A DNA stretch of 64,000 nucleotides from an uncultured Chloroflexia bacterium (GTDB taxonomy: Bacteria > Chloroflexota > Limnocylindria > Limnocylindrales > CSP1-4): NCBI GenBank assembly GCA_963743855.1, contig CAVURK010000004.1:119347-183346 (forward strand), given 5' to 3'. The position numbers and the translations under genes were made by a program. Positions 8,753 through 17,819 of the stretch are shown one piece after another. Position 1 is the first letter of the stretch. Every line of letters starts with the position of its first letter. The notes below the pieces were generated by a model, which was not told the DNA's origin, ran no database searches, and was given only the letters and a program-made list of their open reading frames with translations.

Positions 8753-10217
8753 CTACGGGATCTTCGGAGCCCCAGCATCGCCTCGGCTCATGGCCGTCTC
8801 GTCGCCGGCGGGTAACGGTTCGGTCACAGGCAGCCGCAGCTCGACGACGAGGCCGCCGCCCGGTCGGTCGGTCGCGGTCAGGGTCCCGCCGCAGCAGCGC
8901 CGCGTGCTCCGCGGCGATCGCCAGTCCCAGGCCGCTGCTCCCGCCGTGGCGCGACGGATCGGCCTTGTAGAAGCGCTCGAACAGGTGCGTCAGCTGGTCG
9001 GGCGGGACGCCCGGGCCGCGGTCCGCGACGGCCAGCACGATCGCATCCCGGTCGGCGGCGAGGGTGACCTCGACCGGCGACCCCGCCGCGTGCTCGCGGG
9101 CGTTGTCGAGCAGGTTGCCGAGGATGCGTTCGAGGCGTCGTGGATCGGTGTCGGCGACGAACGGCTCGACCGGGAGCGCGAGGACCGCATCGGGGAGGCG
9201 GGCCGCGGTGACCGTGCGGACCAGCCGTCCGAGGTCGACCGGTTCGAGGGCGATCCGCTCGGCACGGGCGTCGAAGCGCGACACCTCCATCAGGTCGTCC
9301 ACGAGCGTGCGCAGCCGACCGATATCGGCCACGAGCAGCTCGCCGGCCCGCCGGCTCTGTGGCGGCAGGGCGCCGAGGTGCTCGCGCACGATCGACGCCT
9401 CGGCGACGAGTGCGGCGAGCGGGGTCCGCAGCTCGTGCGCGACGTCGGCCACGAAGCGCCGGTTCTGGGACTCGGCGGCTTCGAGCCGGGCGATCGTGTC
9501 GGCCAGCGCTTCGGCCATCCGGTTGAACCGGTCCGCCCACGTCCCGAACTCGTCGTCCGAGGTGACCGGCACGCGGGCCGACAGGTCGCCGCCCTCGATC
9601 CGTTCCGCGGCGCGGCTTGCGGCTTCGACGGGGGCCAGGACGCCGCGGGCGATGACCCGCGCCACGAGCAGGGCGACCAGGATCAGCACCAGCGTTCCGA
9701 TCACCAGCGCCAGTCGGAACTGCGCGAGCGCCGCCTCGAGCTCGGTCGTGTCGTGGATGAAGTAGAACGCCGGCCCTCCGGCGCCGGCTCGGCCACCGAC
9801 GACGAGGCTCGGCTGGCCGGCGACCGTCGTCCAGGCGTAGGCCAGCTCGCCCGCTGCGACCCGTTCGCCCAGGTCCGCCGGGCAGCGTCGGGAAGGCCGC
9901 TTCGAGTCCCTCGCCCGAGACGGCGACCCCGTTGGCACCGAGGTCGACGATCGCATCGACCCCGCGCTGGTGGAACGTGTCGAGCAGGCGGCTGTCGGTG
10001 ATGTCGTCCTTGGTCGGGATTCGGGGGCAGGTCGGCGGCCGGGATGATGACCGACAGGTCGAACGACGCCTGGTCCTGCGCGTCGCGCAGGACCTGTCCG
10101 CGCAGGCCGTTCTCGACGAACAGGTAGGCACCGGTCCCGAGCAGGATCGGCGGTCAGCGCCACCAGCGCGACGAGCGTGACCGTCAGCCGCGCCCGGATC
10201 CCACGCAGCGCGCGCAT
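8753..10217 (-). pseudogene. Sensor histidine kinase (HAMP-HisKA-HATPase, MtrB-like); several frame breaks as assembled
   Basis: HAMP (DDEFGTWADRFNRMAEAL), H-box RRFVADVAHELRTPLAAL, N/G boxes GNLLDNAREHA and VADRGPGV...GGSSGLGLAIAAEHA. The N-terminal sensor region is spread over three frames (MRALRGIRARLTVTLVALVALTA / ILLGTGAYLFVENGLRGQVLRDAQDQASFDLSVII / TKDDITDSRLLDTFHQRGVDAIVDLGANGVAVSGEGLEAAF). The C-terminal tail GGTLTATDRPGGGLVVELRLPV...KIP-TAG is shifted relative to the G-box. Confidence 0.8.
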
Positions 10218-10220
10218 CGG

Positions 10221-10902
10221 CTAGCGCGCCGCCTTGTAGCCGGCGCCACGGACGGTGACGATCAGCTCGGGGGCGGCCGGGTCGGTCTCGACCTTGGCCC
10301 GCAGCCGGCCGATCGCGACGTCCACCAGGCGCGAGTCGCCGAGGTAGTCGTAGCCCCAGATCCGATCGAGCAGGACGTCGCGCGTCAGCACCTGCCCGGC
10401 GTGACGCGTCAGCTCGGCGAGCAGGTCGAACTCGGTCCGGGTGAGGGCGACCGGGTTGCCGTCGCGGGTCACCGTCCGCCCGGCCAGGTCGATCCCGACC
10501 GGCCCCAGCTGGAGACGGTCCGCGTCGCCGGGGGCCCGGCCGGCCCGACGCAGGGCGGCCCGGACGCGGGCGACCAGCTCGGGCACCTCGAACGGCTTCT
10601 TGACGTAGTCGTCGGCGCCCGCCTCGAGACCGACCACGACATCGATCGTGTCGGCGCGCGCGGTCAGCATCACGACCGGGATCGTCGAGTCGCGCCGGAT
10701 CGCACGGCAGACCTCGAGCCCGTCGAGCCGCGGGAGCATCACGTCGAGCAGGACGAGGTCGAACGGCTCGGCTGCGAAGCGCTCGAGGCCGGCCGCGCCG
10801 TCGTCGGCGGTCTCGACCGTGAAGCCCGGCGTTGCGCAGGCCGATCGCGGTCACCTCGCGGATCGACGGGTCGTCCTCGACGAGCAGGATCCGGGCGTCC
10901 AT
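10221..10902 (-). pseudogene. OmpR/PhoB-family response regulator (MtrA-like); single frameshift at a G/C run near 10825-10829
   Basis: MDARILLVEDDPSIREVTAIGLRNAG is in one frame and FTVETADDGAAGLERFAAEPFDLVLLDVMLPRLDGLEVCRAIR...winged helix LTRTEFDLLAELTRHAGQVLTRDVLLDRIWGYDY in the next. The length of 682 nt (3n+1) fits a 1-nt insertion. Confidence 0.85.
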
Positions 10903-10978
10903 CCGTTCCCTCGTGCGGGCCCGCCATGGTCGGCCGGCCACCCGCGGCAGTATGCCAGCCGGCCCACCGAGGTCCGGG

Positions 10979-12259
10979 CTACTCGAGGGCAGGGTCGAAG
11001 GCAGGGTTCTCGAGGGCCGCCTCGAAGGCGGCGTTCTCGCGGGCGCGCTGCTCGGCGTGGATCGGCAGCGTTCCGAGCGCGGCGAGGACGAACGTCAGGG
11101 CCATCAGCCCGAACACGATCGGCAGGCCCTGCGTCTCGCCGTAGGCCTCGATGACGACGCCATAGACCGCCGTCCACAGCGACCCGACGCCGAACGCCAT
11201 CGCGAAGTAGAAGGCGTACGAGGCGTCGCGGCTCGACGGCGGGGCGATGTCGCCGAGGAGCGCCTGGAGCTGCGGGCTCTCGGAGAACGTGAAGAGGCCC
11301 ATCAGCACGATCCCGACCCACAGCCAGAGCAGCGACGAGCCGGCCGCGAGGAACACGACGAAGCCGAGTGCGCCGCCGAGATAGACCCCGACGATGAGCG
11401 GCTTGCGCCCGACCCGGTCGGACAGCCAGCCGGCGACCAGCGGCATCGGCACGGAGAACACGATGAGCGCGCCGTACATCAGCCCGGAGGTGGCCTCGTC
11501 GAGGCCAAGGACGCGGGTCATGTAGATCAGCGCGAAGAGGTTGACGACGCCGAGGCCGCGACCGCCACCGCCGAGGGCGGACGTGAGGTAGAGCCAGCGC
11601 AGGTCGCGGTCACGCAGGATCCGTCCGAAGGCCGCCCGGACCGTCCCGCTCGCCTTGGCGGCCGCCCGGTCTGTGCCGGCCTCGCGCACGAAGAGCAGGA
11701 TCGCGATCGCCACGGCGATGGCCGGCAGCCCGAACGCGATCGACGCGCCACGCCAGCCGACCGCGGCGATGAGCGGGACGCCGATCACGGCGACGACGAC
11801 GGTCCCGACGTTGCCGCCTGCGATGTGGGCGCTGATCGCGAACCCCCGACGGTCGGTCGGGAACTGCTCGGCAAGCAGGCCGTTGCCGACCGGATGCTGC
11901 GGCGACCCGCCGATCCGCGAGGCCACGTTCGGGATGGCGAAGGTGACGAAGCTCGACGCGAACGCCTGCAGCGCGAACCCGCCACCGAACAGGATCCCGC
12001 CGAGGCCGAGCAGGTGGCGCCGCGACGCGACCCGGGTCAGGCCGGCGTAGCTCAGCTGGACGATCCCGGACAGGAATGCGCCGATGGCGGCCAGGAAGGC
12101 GATGGTCTCGACGCCGACGCCGAACTCGTCGATGATTCCGAGGAAGATCAGCGGCAGGACGACGGCCTGGGCGTGATTGATGGCGTGCGCCACGGACAGC
12201 AGGCCGAGCGAGCGCATCGGGCGGATGTCCCTGGGCAGCACCCTCGTATGGTGCCGCAT
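10979..12259 (-). CDS. MFS transporter
   Basis: About 12 hydrophobic spans and MFS loop motifs (GWLSDRVGRKPL). Start at ATG 12259 (MRHHTRVL); the longer ORF to 12406 is Arg/Pro-rich. Confidence 0.75.
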   Translation of the reverse strand: MRHHTRVLPRDIRPMRSLGLLSVAHAINHAQAVVLPLIFLGIIDEFGVGVETIAFLAAIGAFLSGIVQLSYAGLTRVASRRHLLGLGGILFGGGFALQAFASSFVTFAIPNVASRIGGSPQHPVGNGLLAEQFPTDRRGFAISAHIAGGNVGTVVVAVIGVPLIAAVGWRGASIAFGLPAIAVAIAILLFVREAGTDRAAAKASGTVRAAFGRILRDRDLRWLYLTSALGGGGRGLGVVNLFALIYMTRVLGLDEATSGLMYGALIVFSVPMPLVAGWLSDRVGRKPLIVGVYLGGALGFVVFLAAGSSLLWLWVGIVLMGLFTFSESPQLQALLGDIAPPSSRDASYAFYFAMAFGVGSLWTAVYGVVIEAYGETQGLPIVFGLMALTFVLAALGTLPIHAEQRARENAAFEAALENPAFDPALE

Positions 12260-12347
12260 CGTTGGCCTACCGATGTGGGCCAACGCGCGGGCGTCAGGGA
12301 GACCCTCGGTGCTTGGTGGGGCGCGGCTGCGGCGCGCCCCCGACCTA

Positions 12348-12620
12348 TCAGTGCTTCTTCTTGGGGACCTCGTACAGGGCGGCCTGCGGGTCCGCGTGCT
12401 TGGCATGGCTCGTGCCCGCGGCGTGGACCGGCTGCTTCTTGGGCAGCACGTAGAGGAGCATCAGCGCGATCGGGCCGAACAGGATGCACAGGAAGGTCCA
12501 GAGGCCCGCGCTCCGGCCGAACTTGGGCGCGTTCTGGTAGGCGTAGACGGCGCAGACGATCCAGACGACGGCCGCGAGGACGACGAACCCCGTCCCGACG
12601 AGTGTTGTTTGCGGATCCAT
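12348..12620 (-). CDS. Small two-span membrane protein, unknown function
   Basis: 90-aa ORF with two clear hydrophobic helices (GFVVLAAVVWIVCAVYAY, LWTFLCILFGPIALMLLYVL) and a basic tail. Codon bias matches its neighbours. Confidence 0.45.
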   Translation of the reverse strand: MDPQTTLVGTGFVVLAAVVWIVCAVYAYQNAPKFGRSAGLWTFLCILFGPIALMLLYVLPKKQPVHAAGTSHAKHADPQAALYEVPKKKH

Positions 12621-12762
12621 GACGGTGGAGACCCCCTGACAGCTTGTCGCGGGAGCGGTCGATATCCCGGTCCGAGACCGGCGCCCGGTCGTCGAGCCAT
12701 TCGAGCCGCTGTGCGGTCACATCATGACCGAAGACAGGCTCGCCGAAGGCGTCGATCCGCTC

Positions 12763-14913
12763 TCAGTACTGGAAGAGCAGCTCCCGGTACTTGGGCAGCG
12801 GCCAGAGGTCGTCGGCGACGAGCGTCTCGAGCTCGTCGGCGACGTCGCGCAGGGCGTTCTGGGCCGGGATGACCTCGTCGCAGAAGGCGCGCGCCTCGGC
12901 CTGGACCGAGCCGGCCTCGTGGGCCGCGTGCTGGGCGTGCTCGAGCGCGTCGATCGCGTCGACCAGGGAGTCGGCCAGGCCGGAGACCTGCTCGCAGACG
13001 GCGTTGATCCCGCGCGACGACGGCGCCGCGGCCAGCTGGCCGAGGTACTGCGCCGTGGCCGGCAGGATCATCGTCCAGGCGATGTCGAGGGCGCAGCTCG
13101 CCTCGATGTTGCTGGACCTTGACGTAGCGCTCCCAGTTGATGTCGACGCGCGACGGCGAGCTCGCGCTCGGAGAGGACGCCGAACTTCGCGAACAGCTTC
13201 TTGGCCTTGTCCGTCGTCAGCGACGGGCAGGGCGTCGACGGTCGTCCGGTTGTTGGGCAGTCCGCGGCGTTCGGCCTCGGCATGCCACTCCTCGGAGTAG
13301 CCGTTGCCCTCGAAGAGGACCTGCTTGTTCGCTCCGACGATCTTCGACAGGATCGTGGTCAGCCCGGCGAAGTCGCCGGGCTTGAGCTTCTCGAGCTCGT
13401 CGGCGAGCTGGTCGAGCGAGTCGGCGACGGCCGTGTTCAGGACCGTCTGCGGCCAGTAGATCGGGGCCGACGAGCCGACCGCCCGGAACTCGAACTTGTT
13501 GCCGGTGAAGGCAAACGGCGAGGTCCGGTTGCGGTCGGTGGCGTCCTTGGGCGAGGACCGGCAGCGAGGTGACCCCGAGGTTCGCCGAGCCGCCCTTCTT
13601 CGAGCCGGAGGTCGCCGCCCTTGCCGAGCTGCTCGACGACGTCCTCGAGCTGCGAGCCGAGGAAGATCGACATGATCGCCGGCGGCGCCTCGTTGGCACC
13701 GAGGCGGTGGTCCTGGCCGGCGTCGGCGATGCTCGCCCGGAGCAGGTCGGCGTGGACGTTGACGGCGCGGATGACCGCCACCAGGAAGGCCAGGAACTGG
13801 GCGTTGGCGTGCGGGTCGTTGCCCGGGTCGAGGAGGTTCTCGCCCTCGTCGGTGGCCATCGACCAGTTGTTGTGCTTGCCCGAGCCGTTGATCCCGGCGA
13901 ACGGCTTCTCGTGGATCAGGAACATCAGGCCGTGCTGCGTCGCGAGGCGGCGCATCAGGCTCATGACCACCATGTTGTGGTCCGAGCCGACCGAGGTCGG
14001 CTCGTAGACCGGGCGCCATCTCGAACTGGCCGGGGGCCACCTCGTTGTGGCGCGTCTTGGCCGGGATCCCCAGCCGCCACAGCTCGCGGTCGAGATCCAT
14101 CATGAACGCCAGGATCCGCTCGCGGATCGAGCCGAAGTACTGGTCCTCGAGCTCCTGGCCCTTGGGCGACGGAGCGCCGAACAGCGTCCGGCCGGTCAGG
14201 ACGAGGTCCGGCCGCTGCTCGGCAAGGCGGCGGTCGACCAGGAAGTACTCCTGCTCGGGCCCGATGTTGGTGAAGACCCGGGTGGCCGTGTCGTTGCCGA
14301 ACCAGCGCAGGATGCGCAGCGCCTGCGCCCCGAGCGCTTCCTGCGAGCGCAGGAGCGGGATCTTGTGGTCGAGCGCCTCGCCGGTGTACGAGACGAACGC
14401 CGTCGGGATCGTCATCGTCACGCCGTTGGGCTCGACCTGGAGGAAGATCGGGCTGGTGACGTCCCAGGCGGTGTAGCCGCGGGCCTCGAAGGTGGCCCGG
14501 ATGCCGCCCGACGGGAACGAGCTGGCGTCCGGCTCGCCCTGGACGAGGTTCTTGCCGGAGAACTCGGCGATGGTCTGGCCGTCGCCGGTCGGGGTCAGGA
14601 ACGAATCGTGCTTCTCGGCGGTCGAGCCGGTCATCGGCACGAACCAGTGGGTGTAGTGGGTCGCGCCGTGGGCCAGCGCCCACTCCTTCACGCCATGCGC
14701 GACGGCGTCGATGATCGCCGGATCGAACGGCTCGTGGCCCTCGATCGTGCGCCGCAGCTTCTTGAAGATCGGCTTGGCCAGGTACTGGCGCTGGGCGACC
14801 TCGTCGAAGACGTACTGGCCGTAGATGTCGGCGCCGGCGTCCTCGAGGTAGTCCTGGGTCTTGGCGACCCGGTGCCTGGCGATCTCCGCGATGGCGTCCT
14901 GTCGCGCAGTCAT
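12763..14913 (-). CDS. glnN: Type III glutamine synthetase (GlnN); outer frame open but the catalytic core is out of frame in at least five places
   Basis: N-terminal GSIII region ([15 protein letters not shown]...[20 protein letters not shown]...) and C-terminus (...[16 protein letters not shown]) lie in the 716-aa ORF frame. The core [50 protein letters not shown]...[18 protein letters not shown] lies in the ORF 13437..13973 frame. Further pieces sit in the 13217..13699 and 13068..13283 frames. One switch maps to the CCGGG run at 14009-14013. Confidence 0.85.
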   Translation of the reverse strand: MTARQDAIAEIARHRVAKTQDYLEDAGADIYGQYVFDEVAQRQYLAKPIFKKLRRTIEGHEPFDPAIIDAVAHGVKEWALAHGATHYTHWFVPMTGSTAEKHDSFLTPTGDGQTIAEFSGKNLVQGEPDASSFPSGGIRATFEARGYTAWDVTSPIFLQVEPNGVTMTIPTAFVSYTGEALDHKIPLLRSQEALGAQALRILRWFGNDTATRVFTNIGPEQEYFLVDRRLAEQRPDLVLTGRTLFGAPSPKGQELEDQYFGSIRERILAFMMDLDRELWRLGIPAKTRHNEVAPGQFEMAPGLRADLGRLGPQHGGHEPDAPPRDAARPDVPDPREAVRRDQRLGQAQQLVDGHRRGREPPRPGQRPARQRPVPGLPGGGHPRRQRPRRPAPGEHRRRRPGPPPRCQRGAAGDHVDLPRLAARGRRRAARQGRRPPARRRAARRTSGSPRCRSSPKDATDRNRTSPFAFTGNKFEFRAVGSSAPIYWPQTVLNTAVADSLDQLADELEKLKPGDFAGLTTILSKIVGANKQVLFEGNGYSEEWHAEAERRGLPNNRTTVDALPVADDGQGQEAVREVRRPLRARARRRASTSTGSATSRSSNIEASCALDIAWTMILPATAQYLGQLAAAPSSRGINAVCEQVSGLADSLVDAIDALEHAQHAAHEAGSVQAEARAFCDEVIPAQNALRDVADELETLVADDLWPLPKYRELLFQY

Positions 14914-14969
14914 GGGTCTCCTGCGGTTCGTCGTCTGTGCACGTGCGCACGACTCGATCCGTGCGCCAA

Positions 14970-15005
14970 GGTTGCGATGAGACTACCAGCGACCCGGGTT
15001 GCGAT
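14970..15005. promoter_or_regulatory. Direct repeat GGTTGCGAT (x2, 27 bp start-to-start) in the glnN upstream region; candidate operator
   Basis: Identical 9-mers at 14970-14978 and 14997-15005, 57-92 nt upstream of the glnN ATG (14913), next to a GTGCACGTGCGCAC near-palindrome. Confidence 0.25.
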
Positions 15006-15042
15006 TCAGCACCGAAAGTGCCCGCCGGAGGTCGCCGGACGG

Positions 15043-16437
15043 TCACACCGGGTGGTCGACTCCGGTCGGCTGCCGGGCCGCGACGAGCTGGTCGAGCAGG
15101 CGCCCGAACTCACGTTCGACATCGACGTAGCGATCCGATCGCCAGACGATGCCCAGGCGCCCGTCGGGCGCGATCCGGGTCCAGACGCGTCGGCGCGGCC
15201 GGTAGAACGTGATGGTGATCCCGGCGATGAGGCACGCGAACGCGATCCAGACGAGCCCCTGGCCCGGGTCCGCCTTGGCGATGAGCAGGCTGAACTCGCC
15301 GAAGTCGGTGAGCCCGATCGACAGGTCGAGATCCTGTGACACCCGGACGTCACCCTGGTGGAGGGTCACCGGCTGGTACGGGTCCTCGATCGGCAGGCCG
15401 TCGGAGCCGACCCCGGTCACCTTGTACGGGATCGCGACCACGAAACCCGTCCCGTCGGCGTCCTTGTCGAGCACCAGCTTGAGCCCCATGTCCCGTCCCG
15501 GGATACCGATGGTCGCGTAGGGCAGGCCGTCCGCGGCGTCGGTCATCGGGACCGGTGCGTCCCACAGGACGGCCCCGGCGGCGCTGCGCAGGACGACGTG
15601 CGGCGCCGGTCCGAACCCGTTCTGGTGGAAGGTGTAGCCCGCGATCGACAGCGGATCGTTGACCCGGATCGTCTTGCGCGCGATCTGCTTGCCGTCCTGG
15701 TAGACGGCGAGGTCAGTCGTGAAGTCGGTCGGATGTCCGGTGTCGAAGCCCGGCGCCTCGAAATCGATGTTCTTGACCAGGAGCAGCCCGGGCGTGCCGA
15801 TCGGCTGGACGGTCAGCGATTCGCCCTCGGCGACCACGAGCCCCTGCTCGTCCCCGAGCCGCGAGGTGACAGCCGCGGCGACCAGGAAGGTGACGAGGCC
15901 GGCATGGGTCAGCAGCGTCGCCATCTTGGTGTACTGGTGGCGGTCGCCGTACAGGAACCGCGTGCCGCTGGCATCGGTCGCCTCCCGGACGTGGAAGCCG
16001 TTCTTGCGCAGGACGGCCCGCACACCCTCGGCCGGCACGCCGTCCATCGCGGCGCGGTCCGGCAGGATCGGATCGAAGAAGGGCTCGGGCTGGGCGACGC
16101 GGATGTCGCTGACGCCGCGCCACAGCTTCGGCGTGCGATCGAGCGTGCAGACGACGATCGAGGTGACGAGGACCACCAGCCCGGCACTGAACAAGGGCGA
16201 GCGGAAGACCGCGAACAGCGACAGCCGTTCCATGACGTCCACGATCGCCGTCCCGAGGACCGGGTCGTAGCGGGCGTGGAGCTGATCCATCGCCGTCGCG
16301 TAGTCGGTCGCCGAGCGGAAGGCGAAGTCGGGCAGCTGCTTGATGGTCATGCCGACGACCGCCAGCAGGGCCAGGAAGATGATCTGGAAGACCGCGAAGT
16401 CGACCGACGTGAAGAGGTGCCACAACCCGTAGCCCAT
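15043..16437 (-). CDS. resB: Cytochrome c biogenesis protein ResB/Ccs1
   Basis: 464-aa ORF with the ResB-type N-terminal transmembrane region (FAVFQIIFLALLAVVGMTIKQLP), a large extracytoplasmic domain and C-terminal TMs (LVWIAFACLIAGITITFY). Confidence 0.8.
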   Translation of the reverse strand: MGYGLWHLFTSVDFAVFQIIFLALLAVVGMTIKQLPDFAFRSATDYATAMDQLHARYDPVLGTAIVDVMERLSLFAVFRSPLFSAGLVVLVTSIVVCTLDRTPKLWRGVSDIRVAQPEPFFDPILPDRAAMDGVPAEGVRAVLRKNGFHVREATDASGTRFLYGDRHQYTKMATLLTHAGLVTFLVAAAVTSRLGDEQGLVVAEGESLTVQPIGTPGLLLVKNIDFEAPGFDTGHPTDFTTDLAVYQDGKQIARKTIRVNDPLSIAGYTFHQNGFGPAPHVVLRSAAGAVLWDAPVPMTDAADGLPYATIGIPGRDMGLKLVLDKDADGTGFVVAIPYKVTGVGSDGLPIEDPYQPVTLHQGDVRVSQDLDLSIGLTDFGEFSLLIAKADPGQGLVWIAFACLIAGITITFYRPRRRVWTRIAPDGRLGIVWRSDRYVDVEREFGRLLDQLVAARQPTGVDHPV

Positions 16438-16514
16438 GCGGGCTGGGATGTTCCGGCCGGACGGTCGGCTGGTGGCCGCCGAGACGGCGGCCGGGCTCGC
16501 GATGGCTCGAGCCC

Positions 16515-17810
16515 CTAGACGGCGTCGAGGGCCGGGACGGGCCGCTCGGCGGGTCCGGAGGAGGTGGTCCCGGCGGAGGCCTGGGCGGCGGCCTGCGCGG
16601 CGATCTCGAGAGCGGCGGTGAGATCGGTCTCGAGATCCTCGAGATCCTCGAGCCCGACCGAGACGCGCAGGAGGCCGGGCGTGATCCCGGCCGCCGCCAG
16701 GTCGGCCTCGCTCGATTGCCGGTGCGAGGTCGACGGCGGGTGGACGACCATCGTGTGGACGCTTCCGAGCGAGGCGGTCAATTCGGGGAGCGTCAGCCCG
16801 TCGATCAGGGCGCGACCGGCGACCCGGCCACCCTCGACCTCGAAGGCGAGCATCCCGCCCGCGACGCCCGATCGGAACTGGCGCACGGCCACCTCGTGCT
16901 GCGGGTGGCTGGCGAGTCCCGGGTAGAGGACGGACCGGACACCGGGCTGCCGCTCGAGCCAGGCGGCGAGAGCGGCCGCGGTCGTGGCGTGGCGCTCGGC
17001 GCGGATGGCGAGGGTCAGGATCCCGCGCAGGACGAGGAAGGCATCGAGCGGGCCGAGCGTCGCGCCGGTATCGACCTGGACGCGCTCGACCTCGGCGACG
17101 AGGTCGGCCGGCCCGGCGACCACCCCGGCGATGACGTCGCTGTGGCCGCCGAGGAACTTGGTCGCCGATTCGGCGACGAGGTCGGCACCGAGCGCGAGCG
17201 GGCGACAGACGTACGGCGACGCGAACGTGTTGTCGACGACGTAGCGGGCGCCGTGCGCGTGCGCCAGCTCGGCGAGCGCCGCGTGATCGGCGAGGAACGT
17301 GGTCGGGTTGGCGATCGTCTCCGCGTAGAGCAGCCGGGTCGGGGACGCGGCGAGGGCAGTGGCGACCGCGGCGTGGTCGGTGGTGTCGACGAAATCGACG
17401 CGGACGCCGAACGCTCCGAACGCGCGGAGAAGCTGGCTGCGCGTCGATCCGTAGGTCGCGATCGGGGCGACGATCCGATCGCCGCCGCGGACGATCGAGG
17501 CGATCGCGGCGTGGATCGCGGCCATCCCCGAGGCGAGCGCCACGCCGGCGGCGCCACCGGCCAGCTCGGCATAGGCGGCCCCGAGCGCGCTCGTGGTCGG
17601 GTTCGAGATGCGGCTGTAGGCATAGCCGGCGCGGCCGTTCGAGGCGACCCGTCCCAGCTCGTCGGCATCGGCCGACGCGAACGTCGCGGTCTGGTAGATC
17701 GGCACGCTGGTCGGCGTCTGGTCGAGCTCCGGCGCGCGTGACGCGGCCCGGATGGCGCGGGTCGAGAAGCCTCGCGGCTCCGGGCGGGGTCGCGGCTGGG
17801 TGTCGCTCAC
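16515..17810 (-). CDS. Cys/Met-metabolism PLP-dependent enzyme (cystathionine gamma-synthase / O-acylhomoserine sulfhydrylase family)
   Basis: Family motifs YSRISNPTTSAL, VVDNTFASPY and the PLP-lysine region SATKFLGGHSDVIAGVV. Confidence 0.8.
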   Translation of the reverse strand: MSDTQPRPRPEPRGFSTRAIRAASRAPELDQTPTSVPIYQTATFASADADELGRVASNGRAGYAYSRISNPTTSALGAAYAELAGGAAGVALASGMAAIHAAIASIVRGGDRIVAPIATYGSTRSQLLRAFGAFGVRVDFVDTTDHAAVATALAASPTRLLYAETIANPTTFLADHAALAELAHAHGARYVVDNTFASPYVCRPLALGADLVAESATKFLGGHSDVIAGVVAGPADLVAEVERVQVDTGATLGPLDAFLVLRGILTLAIRAERHATTAAALAAWLERQPGVRSVLYPGLASHPQHEVAVRQFRSGVAGGMLAFEVEGGRVAGRALIDGLTLPELTASLGSVHTMVVHPPSTSHRQSSEADLAAAGITPGLLRVSVGLEDLEDLETDLTAALEIAAQAAAQASAGTTSSGPAERPVPALDAV

Positions 17811-17819
17811 GGAGCGATG

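Noticed and set aside
7746-10217. An 823-aa ORF that looks like a histidine kinase fused to a GerMN lipoprotein.
   Set aside because: Re-phasing the kinase C-terminus gives a normal ending (GGTLTATDRPGGGLVVELRLPV...KIP-TAG at 8753-8755). A separate GTG start follows at 8738 with its own lipobox. The apparent fusion comes from a frameshift plus the lack of stop codons in GC-rich DNA.
8878-10941. Very long overlapping or antisense ORFs. Examples: 8878..10941 (687 aa), 10832..12622 (596 aa), 29045..30907 (620 aa), 40364..42580 upstream part, 41843..43858 (671 aa), 42319..44121, 60486..62609 (707 aa), and 17817..19178.
   Set aside because: Their translations are Arg/Pro/Gly/Asp-rich low-complexity sequence. 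They lie opposite to, or out of frame with, genes that carry clear family motifs. They are the expected stop-codon-poor shadow frames of high-GC DNA. The only real segments within them are the frame-shifted pieces assigned to the genes listed above.
10221-14913. Programmed ribosomal frameshifting or recoding as an explanation for the frame switches in the response regulator, kinase, GlnN and others.
   Set aside because: The switches occur in many unrelated genes, in both directions, and several times per gene. They have no shared slippery heptamer or downstream structure. Random indels, whether technical or mutational, explain them far better.
14914-15042. A glutamine riboswitch upstream of glnN. 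I also considered a SAM riboswitch upstream of the trans-sulfuration gene (17811-17819).
   Set aside because: The glnN leader lacks the glnA-motif consensus and is short. The trans-sulfuration gene is separated from the upstream GGDEF gene by only 9 bp, leaving no room for a riboswitch.
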